Source of the DNA: Paraspadella gotoi
Taxonomy: Eukaryota; Animalia; Chaetognatha
Direction of reading: 5' to 3'
DNA: 64,000 nucleotides
Assembly (NCBI GenBank): GCA_051294375.1
Contig: CM119266.1
Span: forward strand, 5,755,053-5,819,052
Position 1 is the stretch's first letter; every line of letters starts with the position of its first letter. Below the pieces are notes generated by a model that made no database searches, was not told the origin of the DNA, and saw only the letters and a program-made list of their open reading frames with translations. Positions 24,233-37,587 of the stretch are shown one piece after another. The position numbers and the translations under genes are program-made.

Positions 24233-27200
24233 GAGAGAGGAGAGAGAGAGAGAGAGAGAGAGTGATCGATGAAGAAGGAAGCTGAATGAGCGGAAGGTTT
24301 AATTTGGGAGGAAGTTCAAAAGAAAGAAAGAAAAGAGGAAAGAAGAGAGAGAGAGAGAGAGGAGAGAGAGAGAAGAAGAGAGACAGAGAAGAGCAGAGAG
24401 AAGAGAGATTTAAAATCACATGTTTAAAAAAAAAGCAGATATTATTTGCAATAAATGTAAAAGATTTAACAATAATATGAAATGGTGCAAAGCAGAAAAA
24501 AATTTTCGCTCATTTAATAAAAAGCAACTATATCACAAAATTACTGTGGCTTCGTAAACCGTTCACTTTCCTGAACAAGAAAATATCGGTAAATGTTTAC
24601 ACATTTTCGTCGTCGCTCTTAAAGAGCGAACTAAATCTATCGCGTTCATCTCGGTGCCGCCAATCAGCGCACGCGATCCGGGCTGATATCATCTTATTAC
24701 AACGAAAGTAATTTTAAAAAAAACGAATTAAGTCTTTAAAAAAAAAAAAAATCTATTTGGCATATGCCCAATCAAGTGTAGTGGAGAAGGACCTGCCTCT
24801 AACCCGGGGAATAAGGGCCTAGGATATTTATACATTGAATAAAATGATTTAATAGGGGACCGTCTCCCATGCGTGGAGATGATTAATAGAGAAGGGGCGA
24901 TTATATTTGGTTAGCCAGTCGGTATATTTTAAATTTTTTTAATTGATTATCTGATAAGATGGGCGCGGGGTAGCGAGCAACCCCCTCAGTCGACGTCTCG
25001 ACGGCCAAAATTTGAAATGGGTTTGGACTAGTTGGGAACAAAAGCATAAAAGACTAATCCACGAAGAAATTAAAATCGCATGAGTTATGATTATAAATAT
25101 GATTATTCTAAATAATATATATTAGTAGATGTGCAAAAAAATGTACCGAGTACCATGAGAGTCAATTCGCTAATTAAGTATCTTCGGAGTTATATTGCTT
25201 AATATTAATGTTCAAAAAATTTTATTTCGGATAATTTGATAAAGTTTTTCTCTGGGAAATTGGATTCTGGATAAAAGCTTAAAAAGTTAGCAAAAAGATA
25301 GCATATGATAGGCTATCAGACTTTACGCTCTCACGCTCTCTTCTCGTCTATGCTTACTTATATCTTACATCACTCGTCCTATACAACGTCATTCTACATC
25401 CCTATATCCATCCGCGCATTTGACTGGATGATAGGTCATCGATAAGGTTATATCTTAAAAGTTATTTCTGCGGTCCACATGTTTTCGACAACCAATCTCT
25501 GGGAATAATACAGAAAGGGTATAAAGAATAGGAAGAAGAATAGAATTATACGTTTGTCTGTAGAAACTTTTATAAAGCTATCTGAATCTGCCTTTTTTAA
25601 AAATACAAAATTTTCTAAAAATCTATGAACATTTCCTACTATAAATAAAATATTAAAAAATTAATTACTAATTGCTTCTCTAGCCTATTTTAGAGAAAAT
25701 TTTGGTCCATTTGAAAGTATTTCTCAGAACATGTAATGAAAGTTTCATTTGAAAAGGTTCCCAATCCAAACTTTTGACCTACTCCCATTGACAGAAGTTT
25801 GGGCTACTAAAGGACTGAATTAGAGCGATAAGAAAACAGGTTAAGCAAAAAATGAGGATATAGTTATAAACTTGTTTAAAATTTTAATTATTGTGTAATT
25901 ATTTAAAAATTAACAAGAAAGAACTACGGTAATATTAGAATCGGAGAGTAGTTATTGATGATGGAATTAATTTTTTCAAGTTTTTTTCCAATGGTTTAAC
26001 CCTACTTATCATCAAATATATCGTGATAACAAACGAGACCTGAATTTTACGCTCTCCAAATGACAATCTATCGCGTCCTCCTCTCTCTTCACCCACCAAA
26101 CTATTTTGAAAATATTTTATTCTCTCCATAAAATAAAAAATTCCTAACACGTAACCTATTATCTACATGCTTACTTCGTCTAAGAACCTGTGTACTTTAC
26201 CTGGAACCCACCCGCCGTTAAACGTCGCGGGTAAAAATACCACGCTGCATAACCCTAAAAATTCGCACGCACAAAAGACTAAAACCACAGAATCGTTGAA
26301 TCCCGCCTAAAAACCCCTCAACCTCATAACTCCCCGCTGGAAAGACACAACCGAGCAATACTCAAACAATATCATATCTGACTCAACCTAACAAATACTA
26401 AACATAGCATCCCACTCTCCTATCTCCTCTGCTCAAATACTTTCTTATAAGCCCTATCTTAATATTGCTCTTTTTAAAAATATTAAAATTTACAATAATC
26501 TACAAGTCTATTATTATACCAAAAATTTACTAACTAACTAGCTAATCACCCAGTTGTCATTGTGAATTAATTTTTTTCCCATCATAGGTACCACATTGCT
26601 GACTACTGATCAAGCTGTGTCCACCCTCCCTCTGGATGGATTTTCGTTCGTCGCGGCTATAGGGAGTGTCATCGCAAGGCCACGGCAATCGTAATGAAAA
26701 TCTTAAGAGATGCACCAGAGATAAGGCGTCTGACAAAAAGTCTTTAATTTTAGACCGCCTCACTCGCTCGCTCTCCCCATGTTTACCCGGACACCCGCCG
26801 GTCCGTCCTTCTAAAACGCCCCGCCTTCCGAGACTCATCTCAAGACATGTGAATACTAAATTGACTCTCCGGTCGATCGTTTGCTCATTAGCCCACATAT
26901 CATTGCCGTCCCTTTGAAGGAACTCCTCATGGACCCCCTACCGATGCGCATCTCGCCGGCGGCTGTTGATGCACCCGTCTTTCCCTCAAATATTGCTTCG
27001 AAATTATTTTCTTCCCCATGGGGCCCGCTCTTTTAGCAGATGGGATGGCCAGGCATCCCGTACCGATCGCGGTTCTTAACCACCTCTCACCCAAATGTTT
27101 TCCCACGTTTTTTACAAGGTCGATCATGACTCGGCTGACGCGCGCGATACCCTTCCGGCGGTGAGAAAAATGAAAAATTAACAAAAAAATAAACACGCGT

Positions 27201-29183
27201 TGCGCCATAATCCGTAAGAAGCGGTAGGAAATCTTTCTTCATGAGCAACTGCCCTAGATAAAAAGTGCCATATTGTATGACACTAATATAACACGGAGAT
27301 ATATTTGGTTTTTGAACGAGTGACCTGACTTGCCGCATTTTATGATTACGCGCGGCCCTCATATGTAAAAATTCTTCAAGAAGCTCGTACTAGTAGCGAC
27401 GCTAGGAGTGCGACTAGTTACGCGAAAACAGTGAAGCTAAACCAGCGCATATAAAAACGCGAAACTCAGCTTCTTTTACAATTAATAAATTTAAACTGAT
27501 TGTGAACACCCATGTGCCAAAAACTACACATATTGTTCCCTCCCATGCCCTCCCGGCATTCTCGCGAAAGTTTCAGACCATCTCGAACATATTCTCACAT
27601 GTCTCATGATACTACTCAATCGGTAAGTTATACCGTCTTCGTCTCTCTTTCATTTCGTTGGCCAAAAATCTTATCAAAGCCTTTTCTCACTCTAAACAGT
27701 CTGGTTTTCTTTAGCACTCTCTCTTTTAATGTGATCGCTAATTTAAATACACCAGTCGTAATATAGCTTAGCCTCCCCGCCTTGGCAAGACCACTAAACT
27801 GCAAATCTATACTGTTTCATTGTGATCGAGTTTTCTCCATTTTTAGCTATCAGCGTTCCTACCCTCGCTAGCTGGGCACAGTTAAAACTCTGTATTATAA
27901 ATCTCTTAAATTGTCCTCAGCCTCATTATGTTTCTCACGCTTTCCATATCCAAGACCTTACATTTTCTCTTCTTGTCCCGCTAAAGGAACTGATACTAGG
28001 ACACCCTATACGTAGGTTGCAGATATACCTAAAATATACCATCTTCCTCTTTAATTTCATTTGTTGGGATCAGGTGCAGAATCCTCCCTCTCGTGAAAAA
28101 TATTCAAGACAATGAACGGATCTCTCTGTCTCGAGTATTAAGGTACCAGGTTTCCCTGGAACAGTGTCAATATTGATACCAGACCATGTTATTTATATTC
28201 TTTTTTGCTTTAAAAAATCCGAGGAATATAAATAAGCACCACATTTTCCCATTATTTCTTGCTAAATTAAACCCCGTGGGGGAAATGGGGTATTTGGATG
28301 AAGAGCTTAGAAGGATAGGGAAACATTTGTAATAAATTTAAAGAGAAGGTATCTACTTAAAAAAGTATTGGTACAGTAAAAATACGAAAATAGGAAGAGC
28401 GCAAAGATCAAAGGGAAGAAACCGCTCGCGAGTAGAAAGGGAAGAAGGAAGTAAATTCGTTTGTAAATAGGCGGTAGTTAAAATTGGACTGACTGGAAAA
28501 ACTGATTTGATAGGGAATTGTATGTTGATTGTTCCACCGATTATAAAGAGAATGAACTAAAAAAAACACAGAATGGGTTACAAGTAGCATAAAACCATTC
28601 GTAGATTGCAGTAATTAAAAAGCTAAAACCCAGAGGCTACTGGTGCAACTTTCCTTTCAATGAACACGATAAAAAAAAAAGAACGGTGAAAAAAAATATT
28701 AACAACCTCTCTCCCTCACCCTCAAAAGAGTTCACATGGTGAGTCTGGATGTGAAGGCGCTGACCCGGTCGACCCGTGAATGACCTTTCATGGTGAGAAG
28801 ATAATTTTCTCACGAATCCAAGGATTAAGCGAAGATCGAAGAAAATCATTTCTTTCGCGCGTTTCTATGATGAGGGTTTTTTGGAGGGAGGAAGAAGACG
28901 ACGACGACGACGACGACGACGACAATGTAAAGGACAATCATGAGGAGGACGACGACAAAGACAAAGAGGATGAAGACATTGTCCTCAACAAACTAAGACG
29001 ACGACAAAGGAAACGACGACAATGTACATTGTACATTGTACAACCTAAATGACGAAAAAGATGATGTCGACAATGAATATTAATGATTAATGATATTAAT
29101 GATTAATAGTAATAATGATTAATAATAATTCACGGAAGATGACAAAGACGACGATGAAATTAAGGACGAAATGAAAAACCGAA

Positions 29184-29215
<32 letters not shown>

Positions 29216-29482
29216 AAAAGAGGACGTGGCCGAATTTGACAAGAGGAAAGTTTAATAAGACGACAATGACGATAAAAAGATATGACAACGATGTCGCTCA
29301 AGTCAACGACGACGCTGACAATGACAATTAAGACGACGACAAAGACGGAAAGCGACAACAACAACAACAACAACAACAAACAACAAGGAATCCTAATGAT
29401 TTATCTCTCTCGATCGTTCGCACTCCGCCCCTCTTTTTCTCTCTTTCACATTTTTTCCTTTTTAATTACAGTCCCAGACTCA

Positions 29483-29515
<33 letters not shown>

Positions 29516-30545
29516 GCTCTTCTCTCTCTCTCTCTCACTCTCTCACTCACCTTTTTCCTCTTCCTTCTCCGTCCCTCTTCATTCCGGCATTCTTACCACG
29601 CCTCCTCCGATTTGTTACCACGCCTCCTTCCTGATTTGCCTCTTTTTTTTCTCTCTCTGGGGTCGATGTCCCTTTTGTTTTGTTTTTTCTCGACTTTGGG
29701 TCACGTGACCGATTAAAGTCGGTGAGGGAGTGAGGGAATATGGTGAGGCGGAGATGGTGAGGTTTTTCGCCGGTGAGAAACGTCTTGAGATCACAGCGGG
29801 GGGGGGGCGGTCGACGGCCTCGTGGGGAAGCGATGTTTCGTAGAGTCGAAGAATAGCGAGGCGTGTAACGGAGAAGATGTGATAATGGGGTTACAGGATT
29901 TTGAATTAAAATTCGAAATGCGATACGAATTTGCACGGGCAATCGAATTTGGGAGGAGTTGAGATTTTTATGAAGCGATGATAGAGAGGGAGAGAGTGTG
30001 ATTGAGAGGGAGAAGGTGACGAAATGAGATCGAAAGAGAGACAGAGTATAAAGAATGTTAAGAATAAATGTAATACGGATAGAGCGAGAACTGCAAATTT
30101 GGCGAAACTCGAAAAATGTGAAATTTGCTAAAACTAAAAATGAAATTCGTGAGAGAGAGAGAGCACGAGAGAGAGAGAAAGGAGAAAAGAAGAGAGAGTA
30201 TCAAGACAGAATTTTGGGGACACCCAAGCATTCACGCACCGGGAGAATTCTGTTTGAGATTTCCGGACTTTTTTCCCCTCGTTTTTTTAACCAATCGTGA
30301 TTATGGTGAATCTCTCTTCTCTCTCTCTCTCTTCTCTCTCTGCATCTTCTCTCTATTTTCTTTCTTTCATTAAAAAAGAAAAAAAACAGGGAGAGAAAAG
30401 AGATTCAGTTTCTAAGGTTGAGAGAGAGAGAGAGAGAGAGAGAAGAGACGAGAGAAGAGACGAGAGGATAGACAGGTGATCGAATGTGAAAGAGGAATTT
30501 AGGATTTATTATTGTTATTTTTTTGCCCTCTTGTTTTTCCAACGT

Positions 30546-30578
<33 letters not shown>

Positions 30579-31163
30579 GTTGTGTTGGTGTTTGTTATTT
30601 TTGGATGGATTTTCTTTTGAAAGAAAAAATAGGCTTAAAACTTTTGGACTTTCGTTCCAACGATGATTGAAAGAAGGAGAAGGAAATAACGAACTAACGG
30701 ACAAAAGAACAAACTAAGGAACGAACTCACAAACAAAATAACTAACAAAGCGAACGAAAAGTGAACTTAACAAGCTTTAAAACCTTAAAATAGACAACTT
30801 AATAAGATAATGAGATTAAGCCTTTAAAGAAAAAAACTTATTGAATACAAAACTCGAAATAAATCAACCAAAAAATTGGAATATAACAAAGAAACGAACA
30901 AAAAGGTAATCAAGGTTAAAGAAAACGTTAATTACATGTAAATTAAAAGTGACAAACCAAATCTAACGAAACTTCGGTCGTCGTTTCTATTCTAGTTAAA
31001 TTCACGGAATCAATTTCTACTTCGGAAGAAAAAAATATAAAAAAATTAGCTGTGAAAAAAAAACGTGATAATTTAAAAGCGATGCTCATTTGTTTCATCT
31101 CCTTTATAAATCTTCTCGACTTCTGCCTCCACCTCCCGTAATCTCTTAGTAATTAACCTCCCG

Positions 31164-31203
<40 letters not shown>

Positions 31204-31459
31204 ACCCCTTGAATTATGTTGCCTCGCTACGCCGTGAAAGATGACATATTGGCTGAAAGAATAAAGAATAAGAAAAAAAATAAAAAATAAGGATAAAAAT
31301 ATTAACATATACATAAACCTAATTACAAATACCCATGAAATATTAATGATAACTATTTTAATGTTCCCTGGAATCTTATAAATTAAGCGGCATTAGACGG
31401 ACTTTCCCGTTTTACATAGATGGTCTCTTCTGATAAGAAAATGCTTTCGTCGTCGTCGT

Positions 31460-31496
<37 letters not shown>

Positions 31497-32174
31497 TCGT
31501 CCTCCAAACTCGAAGTGACTCGTTCATCGTTAATGATTCTCTTAAAACTCGTAAATTCTTGTATTTTCTTTCAAATCTTTTTTGACGGAAAAAGAAAAAA
31601 AAGATTCATTAGTCATTTTGTTGAGTCGTAATTATATCCAGTTCGACTTTCTACTCTCAGTCACTTCATTGCTTTCAATTAGATTCAGTTCATTTGATAT
31701 AAGATGCGTCCGTTTCATTTTATTAGTTTCAGTTACGTTCACTTCATTGCTTTCAATTATATTCAATTCGTTTGATTTAGTTACATCTGTTTCATTTTAT
31801 TATTTCGAATTACATCCTCTTCATTTATTTCATTATATTCAGTTCATTGGAGAAAGTCATATCAATTTCATTTTAATAATACTTATTTCCTCNNNNNNNN
31901 NNNNNNNNNNNNNNNNNNNNNNNNNNNNNNNNNNNNNNNNNNNNNNNNNNNNNNNNNNNNNNNNNNNNNNNNNNNNNNNNNNNNNNNNNNNNNNNNNNNN
32001 NNNNNNNNNNNNNNNNNNNNNNNNNNNNNNNNNNNNNNNNNNNNNNNNNNNNNNNNNNNNNNNNNNNNNNNNNNNNNNNNNNNNNNNNNNNNNNNNNNNN
32101 NNNNAAAACTCGTAACGAAAATTTGCGATGGCGTTTGTTCGGGAGATGGTTAAGGGAAAAATAGAGGAAAACTG

Positions 32175-32227
<53 letters not shown>

Positions 32228-35200
32228 GCTTATGAAGGAGAAAGTCGATAGGCCTCTCTCTCCCGACATCAGATCCTCTTCCGGTCGATTCCGTCAAAAG
32301 AAAAGAACATCTTCTCTCTATTNNNNNNNNNNNNNNNNNNNNNNNNNNNNNNNNNNNNNNNNNNNNNNNNNNNNNNNNNNNNNNNNNNNNNNNNNNNNNN
32401 NNNNNNNNNNNNNNNNNNNNNNNNNNNNNNNNNNNNNNNNNNNNNNNNNNNNNNNNNNNNNNNNNNNNNNNNNNNNNNNNNNNNNNNNNNNNNNNNNNNN
32501 NNNNNNNNNNNNNNNNNNNNNNNNNNNNNNNNNNNNNNNNNNNNNNNNNNAAGAAGAGGGAGATTGTAAATGAAGACAGAGAAAAAGTTGGAGAATGGAA
32601 ATGAAGATAAAAAATTTTAAAGATCAAAAGACGAAGCTCAAAATTAATAATCTTAGCGCTTATTATAAATAAATAAATTATTATTAAACTGATGCAATAA
32701 ATACAAAATTGTCCATTCATTCAATAAATTAACTTTCTCGCTCCTGACTTAGTATTGAATCCTTTTATCTGTATGTTAAGTTTTCTAAATGATTTGGAGT
32801 CCTTTATTACGTATTTCTATATTTTTTACATCATTGACATAAATTAAGTAACAATTTCAACCGAACAAACTTTCTCTCCCTTCAGTTACGGCCCAATGGA
32901 CTTGAACGGAGCGCGAAGGAAAAACGCGACGAGAGAAACGACTTCGACGTTGAAGGCGTGGCTCTATGAACATCGGAAGAATCCTTACCCGACAAAAGGT
33001 AAGTTCGTTGACTGGAAAAGAGTACTTACCCATTAAATCATTTGGGTCCATTTTCGGTTTAGTCCATCGAGGATAAGTTGACTCGGAAATTAGGAATTGA
33101 GAGACGAGTAGAAAGAATAAAATCAATTCAGTGAGGGAAGTTGTCTTTTCATCTTTTTAATTAAAATATTATACCACTTCATTGATAGGGAAGCCAGGTA
33201 CTCTGGGAGTGAATAAACGAGACTGTGAGAGAGTCTTGATTGAAAGCTCGCAGGACCTGCTATGTCATTATCTTTAAAAGTGATGGAGTCCTTAACCACC
33301 AAAGTCTGTCCAAAGTCAGCTCAAGATAGCTATTTTTAAATAAATGAATAATTTTTTAATTTTAACTTAATTCATACAAAATCTCAAGAGTTGTTCTTCT
33401 GTTTTTTTTTTCACCAAAAAGTTGTTCATTTCCTCCAGGCGAAAAGATCATGCTGGCGATCATCACGAAGATGACGGCTGACTCAAGTCTCGACTTGGTT
33501 CGCCAAACGCGAGGAGGAGACTCAAGAAGAGAAACAAGATGACTTGTCGCAAGGTGAGTCGTCAGTGATGGAGTGACCAGGAGTGCTGGGTTGATGGAGT
33601 GGGTCTGCGGAGCGCCCAGATTACTTGATGCAGTTACCCTCTTAATTGGGTCTTCTATCCCACCTGGGTCGTGATTTATAGTGACCTGAAGGGCTGGGTT
33701 TAGTGGCTGAGAGATGGTGTGATTTAATTGATGGGTTTAGGTCGTCCGAGTTCGGATGGAATGATGTAGAATATTTGGTGAGGTTTGCTGTTGGAGAAAA
33801 ACCTGTTCATTTGAGTAAGGAATAATTAATTTTGTAATCTAGAATGACGTTCGGTTGCAGTCTATTTTATTATAATTTTGCACACTAGAATAGGCACTAG
33901 GCAGTGAAACGAACCTCATGCAATTTTTACTCAAAATTCATCAATGACTATTTCATTCATTTCGTATTTATTCACCCTTCATTCACAACGCATTCATCAC
34001 TCAATTAATTTTCCCATCAAATTCCCAGAAACCGCGTGGGCGATGAGGACGGAGACGGCGATGCCTCTGCCGGCGACAGAAAAAACGACGGCGACAAAAA
34101 CGACGACGATAGCGACGACGATTTGTTGAACGGCGACGCCAGGGACGACATTAGCGACATCGGTGAGTGAATGCGGCAGGAGGATCTTTTGTTTGTTTTT
34201 TGTTTGTTTATTTTTATAATTTAGTTTGTATTTAGAAATAGAACCATCAAATACCGTCTCGAAGTTAAAATTTGATTTTTCTCTCTCTTTGTTAATTTAC
34301 TTGCACTTATTATTTATTTATTAATGTTTTATCATTCATTTTCCTAGCATTCTTTCACTGTCTCTCTCTTTTAACTCTGGATTGTCTTCGATTCTTAAAA
34401 ATTTCTTTCCGTCTAATTAACATGTAAATTCGTGTTTTTTGACATCCACTGACATGACTAACTACCGTCTCCCGCTTAATGAACGGGAATTGAATGAGAA
34501 CGAATCGGAATAAAAGATGAATGAGAATGAACGATACTGAATCCCAGTTGCCCAACGGGGGTGCGTGTAATTAATACCGTAATGACTTTCCTCGACTTTT
34601 GAATTTCTGGTCGAGAAGACCGAAGAAAAATTGATTCCCGACTCGCTTCAAAGAACTTCGTTAAAAACGGGTTTTTGTGTGCGGAGAGAGAGAGAGNNNN
34701 NNNNNNNNNNNNNNNNNNNNNNNNNNNNNNNNNNNNNNNNNNNNNNNNNNNNNNNNNNNNNNNNNNNNNNNNNNNNNNNNNNNNNNNNNNNNNNNNNNNN
34801 NNNNNNNGAGAGAGAGAGAGAGAGAGAGAGAGAATGTGTGTCCGAAGACACAAGGACCAGACAAAAGAACAAAAATTTCCTGAAAGACAAAAAAAGTTTC
34901 TGAAAGAGAAAATCGCGTCGAAGAGAAAAGGTCAGAAGATAGATTCTTTCTCCCGTCTCTGTCTCTCTCTTTTTCTCTCTCTCTGTCTCTTTCAGGGAAA
35001 AAAAGAAGAAAAATGGAATTAAAACACGAAAAAAAAGAACAATAAAAAAAAAGGTTTCGTGTCTTTGGAAAACGAAAAGATGAGAAGAAGCAAATCGAGA
35101 AGAGACAAATGGGGAAATAGAATATAGATCGGTACAAGTGCTCTCTCTCACTCTCTCTGTCTCCCTCTCTCCTCTCCCAATCCATCTCCCTCTCTCTTTC

Positions 35201-35313
35201 TCCCAATCCATCTCCCTCTCTCTCTCTCTCCCGTCCCGATATTGGCCCTTTGGCGGGACACCGTCAGTCGATCCATCATCTCCAGTTGTCATAATGCGAA
35301 AATTGCCACGAAC

Positions 35314-35353
<40 letters not shown>

Positions 35354-35777
35354 ACTGTCTCTCTCTTTCTCTCTGCTCTTTCTACTACTTCTTACCCCGT
35401 TGGATATATTCATCGATGCCCGAAGTGGCACGGTGGGGCCGTCGTGGCCGGGGGGGGCGTGGTAAAGCGTTCCGTCGGGGGCGTCTTGAAGGCGTGGTTC
35501 AGAGATTAAGGGAGGTGGAGCCTTTCGAAGTTGATCGAAGCTTCTCCGTTGCGACAGGAGGTTGGACTGGAAGGGTCGTCGTCGTCGTCGTCGTTATCGC
35601 CGACATCGTTTAGTACTTTTTTTTACGCCGCTGTCCCCGCTGCCGCCGCCGCCTCAGCCGCCGCCGCCGCCGCCGCCACCGCCGCCGACAAAAAAAGGAA
35701 ACCGGGCGATTTGCGTAATTGATAGAATCATCGTTCACAACAAATGAAAGGATTTAGAAAGTTTGATTGACGATGAG

Positions 35778-35821
<44 letters not shown>

Positions 35822-36151
35822 TTTTCTTTCAAGATTCGTTTCCTTAGAAACCGAAATTGAATTTCTCGTCTTTCTTTCTTCTTTGTTTCTTCTTTCCTTC
35901 TTCTTTCTTTCTTCTTTCTTTCTTCTTTGTTTCTTCGGCGTCGATAAAAAAGAAAGAAAAGGTGATCGGTTTGGATTCGATCCTCGGACTTCGAGATGAG
36001 AAAATGAGCGAAAAGGAGGCGGGAAAAGATGAATCGCCCGACGAGAGAAGAGAGAGAGATGAAATTTTTTACCCATCGAATAAACCGATATTTTCGTTTC
36101 TCTTCTGTCGAAACAAATCATTCTCTCTCTCTCTCTCTCTCCATCTCTCTC

Positions 36152-36206
<55 letters not shown>

Positions 36207-36480
36207 CTTCTCGTCGGCAAGGAAAAAGAGGAAAAAACCGAACGTCGGGCGATCAATCTTTTTCCCGCCTCCTTTTCGCTCATTTTTCTCATTCTCGAAG
36301 TCCGAGGATCGAATTCCAACCGATACCTTTTCTTTATTTTTTATCGACGCCGAAGAGAACAAAGAAGAAAGAAGAAGAAAGAAAGAAGAAGAAGAAGAAA
36401 CAAAGAAGAAAGAAGACGAGAAATTCAATTTCGGTTTCTAAGGAAAGCGAATTTGAAAGAAAATCGTCGTCGTCGTCCGT

Positions 36481-36513
<33 letters not shown>

Positions 36514-37001
36514 CTCATACGTCAATCAAACTTTTCTAAATCCTTTCATTTGTTGTGAACGATGATTCTATCCAATTAACGCAAAATCCGCCCGGTTTCC
36601 TTTTTTTTGTCGGCGGGCGGTGGCAGCGGGGCGGTGGCAGCGCGGCGGCGGCGGCGGCGGCTGAGGCGGCGGCGGCAGCGGGGGACAGCGGCGTAAAAAA
36701 AAGTACTAAACGATGTCGGGCGATAACGACGACGACGACGAACCGACCCTTCCAGTCCAACCTCCTGTCGCAACGGAGAAGCTTCGATCACTTCGAAAGG
36801 CCTCCACCTCACTTACTCTGAACCACGCCTTCAAACCGCCCCCGAAGGAACGCTTTACACGCCCCCCCGGCCACGACGGCCCACCGGGTGCCACTTCGGG
36901 CAATCGATGAAATATATCCAACGGGGTAGAAGTAGTAGAAAGAGCAGAGAGAAAGAGAGAGACATAAGAGAGAGAGAGGAGAGAGAGAAGAGAGAGAGAG
37001 A

Positions 37002-37035
<34 letters not shown>

Positions 37036-37544
37036 AGAGAGAGAGAGGAGAGAGGAGAGAGGAGATTGGTTCGTGGCATTTTCGCATTAATGCAACTGTA
37101 GAATGAATGGATCGACTGAACGTGTCCCGCCAAAGGGCCAATATCGGGACGGGAGAGAGAGAGAAGAGGGAGATGGATTGGGAGAAAGATGAAGAGGGAA
37201 GATGGATTGGGAAGAGGAGAGAGGGAGACAGAGAGAGTGAGAGAGAGCCCTTTGTACCGATCTATATTCTATTTCCCATTTGCTCTTCTCGATTTGCTTC
37301 TTCTCATCTTTTCGTTTTCAAGACACGAAAAAACCTTTTTTAATTGTTCCTTTTTTTTCGCGTTTTATTCCCATTTTTTCTCTTTTTTCCTCTGAAAGAG
37401 ACAGAGAGAGAGAAAAAGAGAGAGACAGAGACGGGAGAAAGAATCTATCTTCTGACCTTTTCTCTTCGACGCGCATTTTCTTTTTCAGAAACTCTTTCAA
37501 GGAATTTTTTGTTCTTTGTCTGGTCCTTGTGGTCTTCGGACACA

Positions 37545-37587
<43 letters not shown>

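Noticed and set aside
31582-32720. ORFs spanning N runs (also 3498, 23276, 34476-35316, 43559, 50592, 59091, 59610)
   Set aside because: Their length comes from Ns translated as X.
35480-35510. TTGAAGGCGTGG (LKAW) match to the homeobox
   Set aside because: Only 12 nt match, a stop follows, and there are no other homeodomain residues; coincidence.
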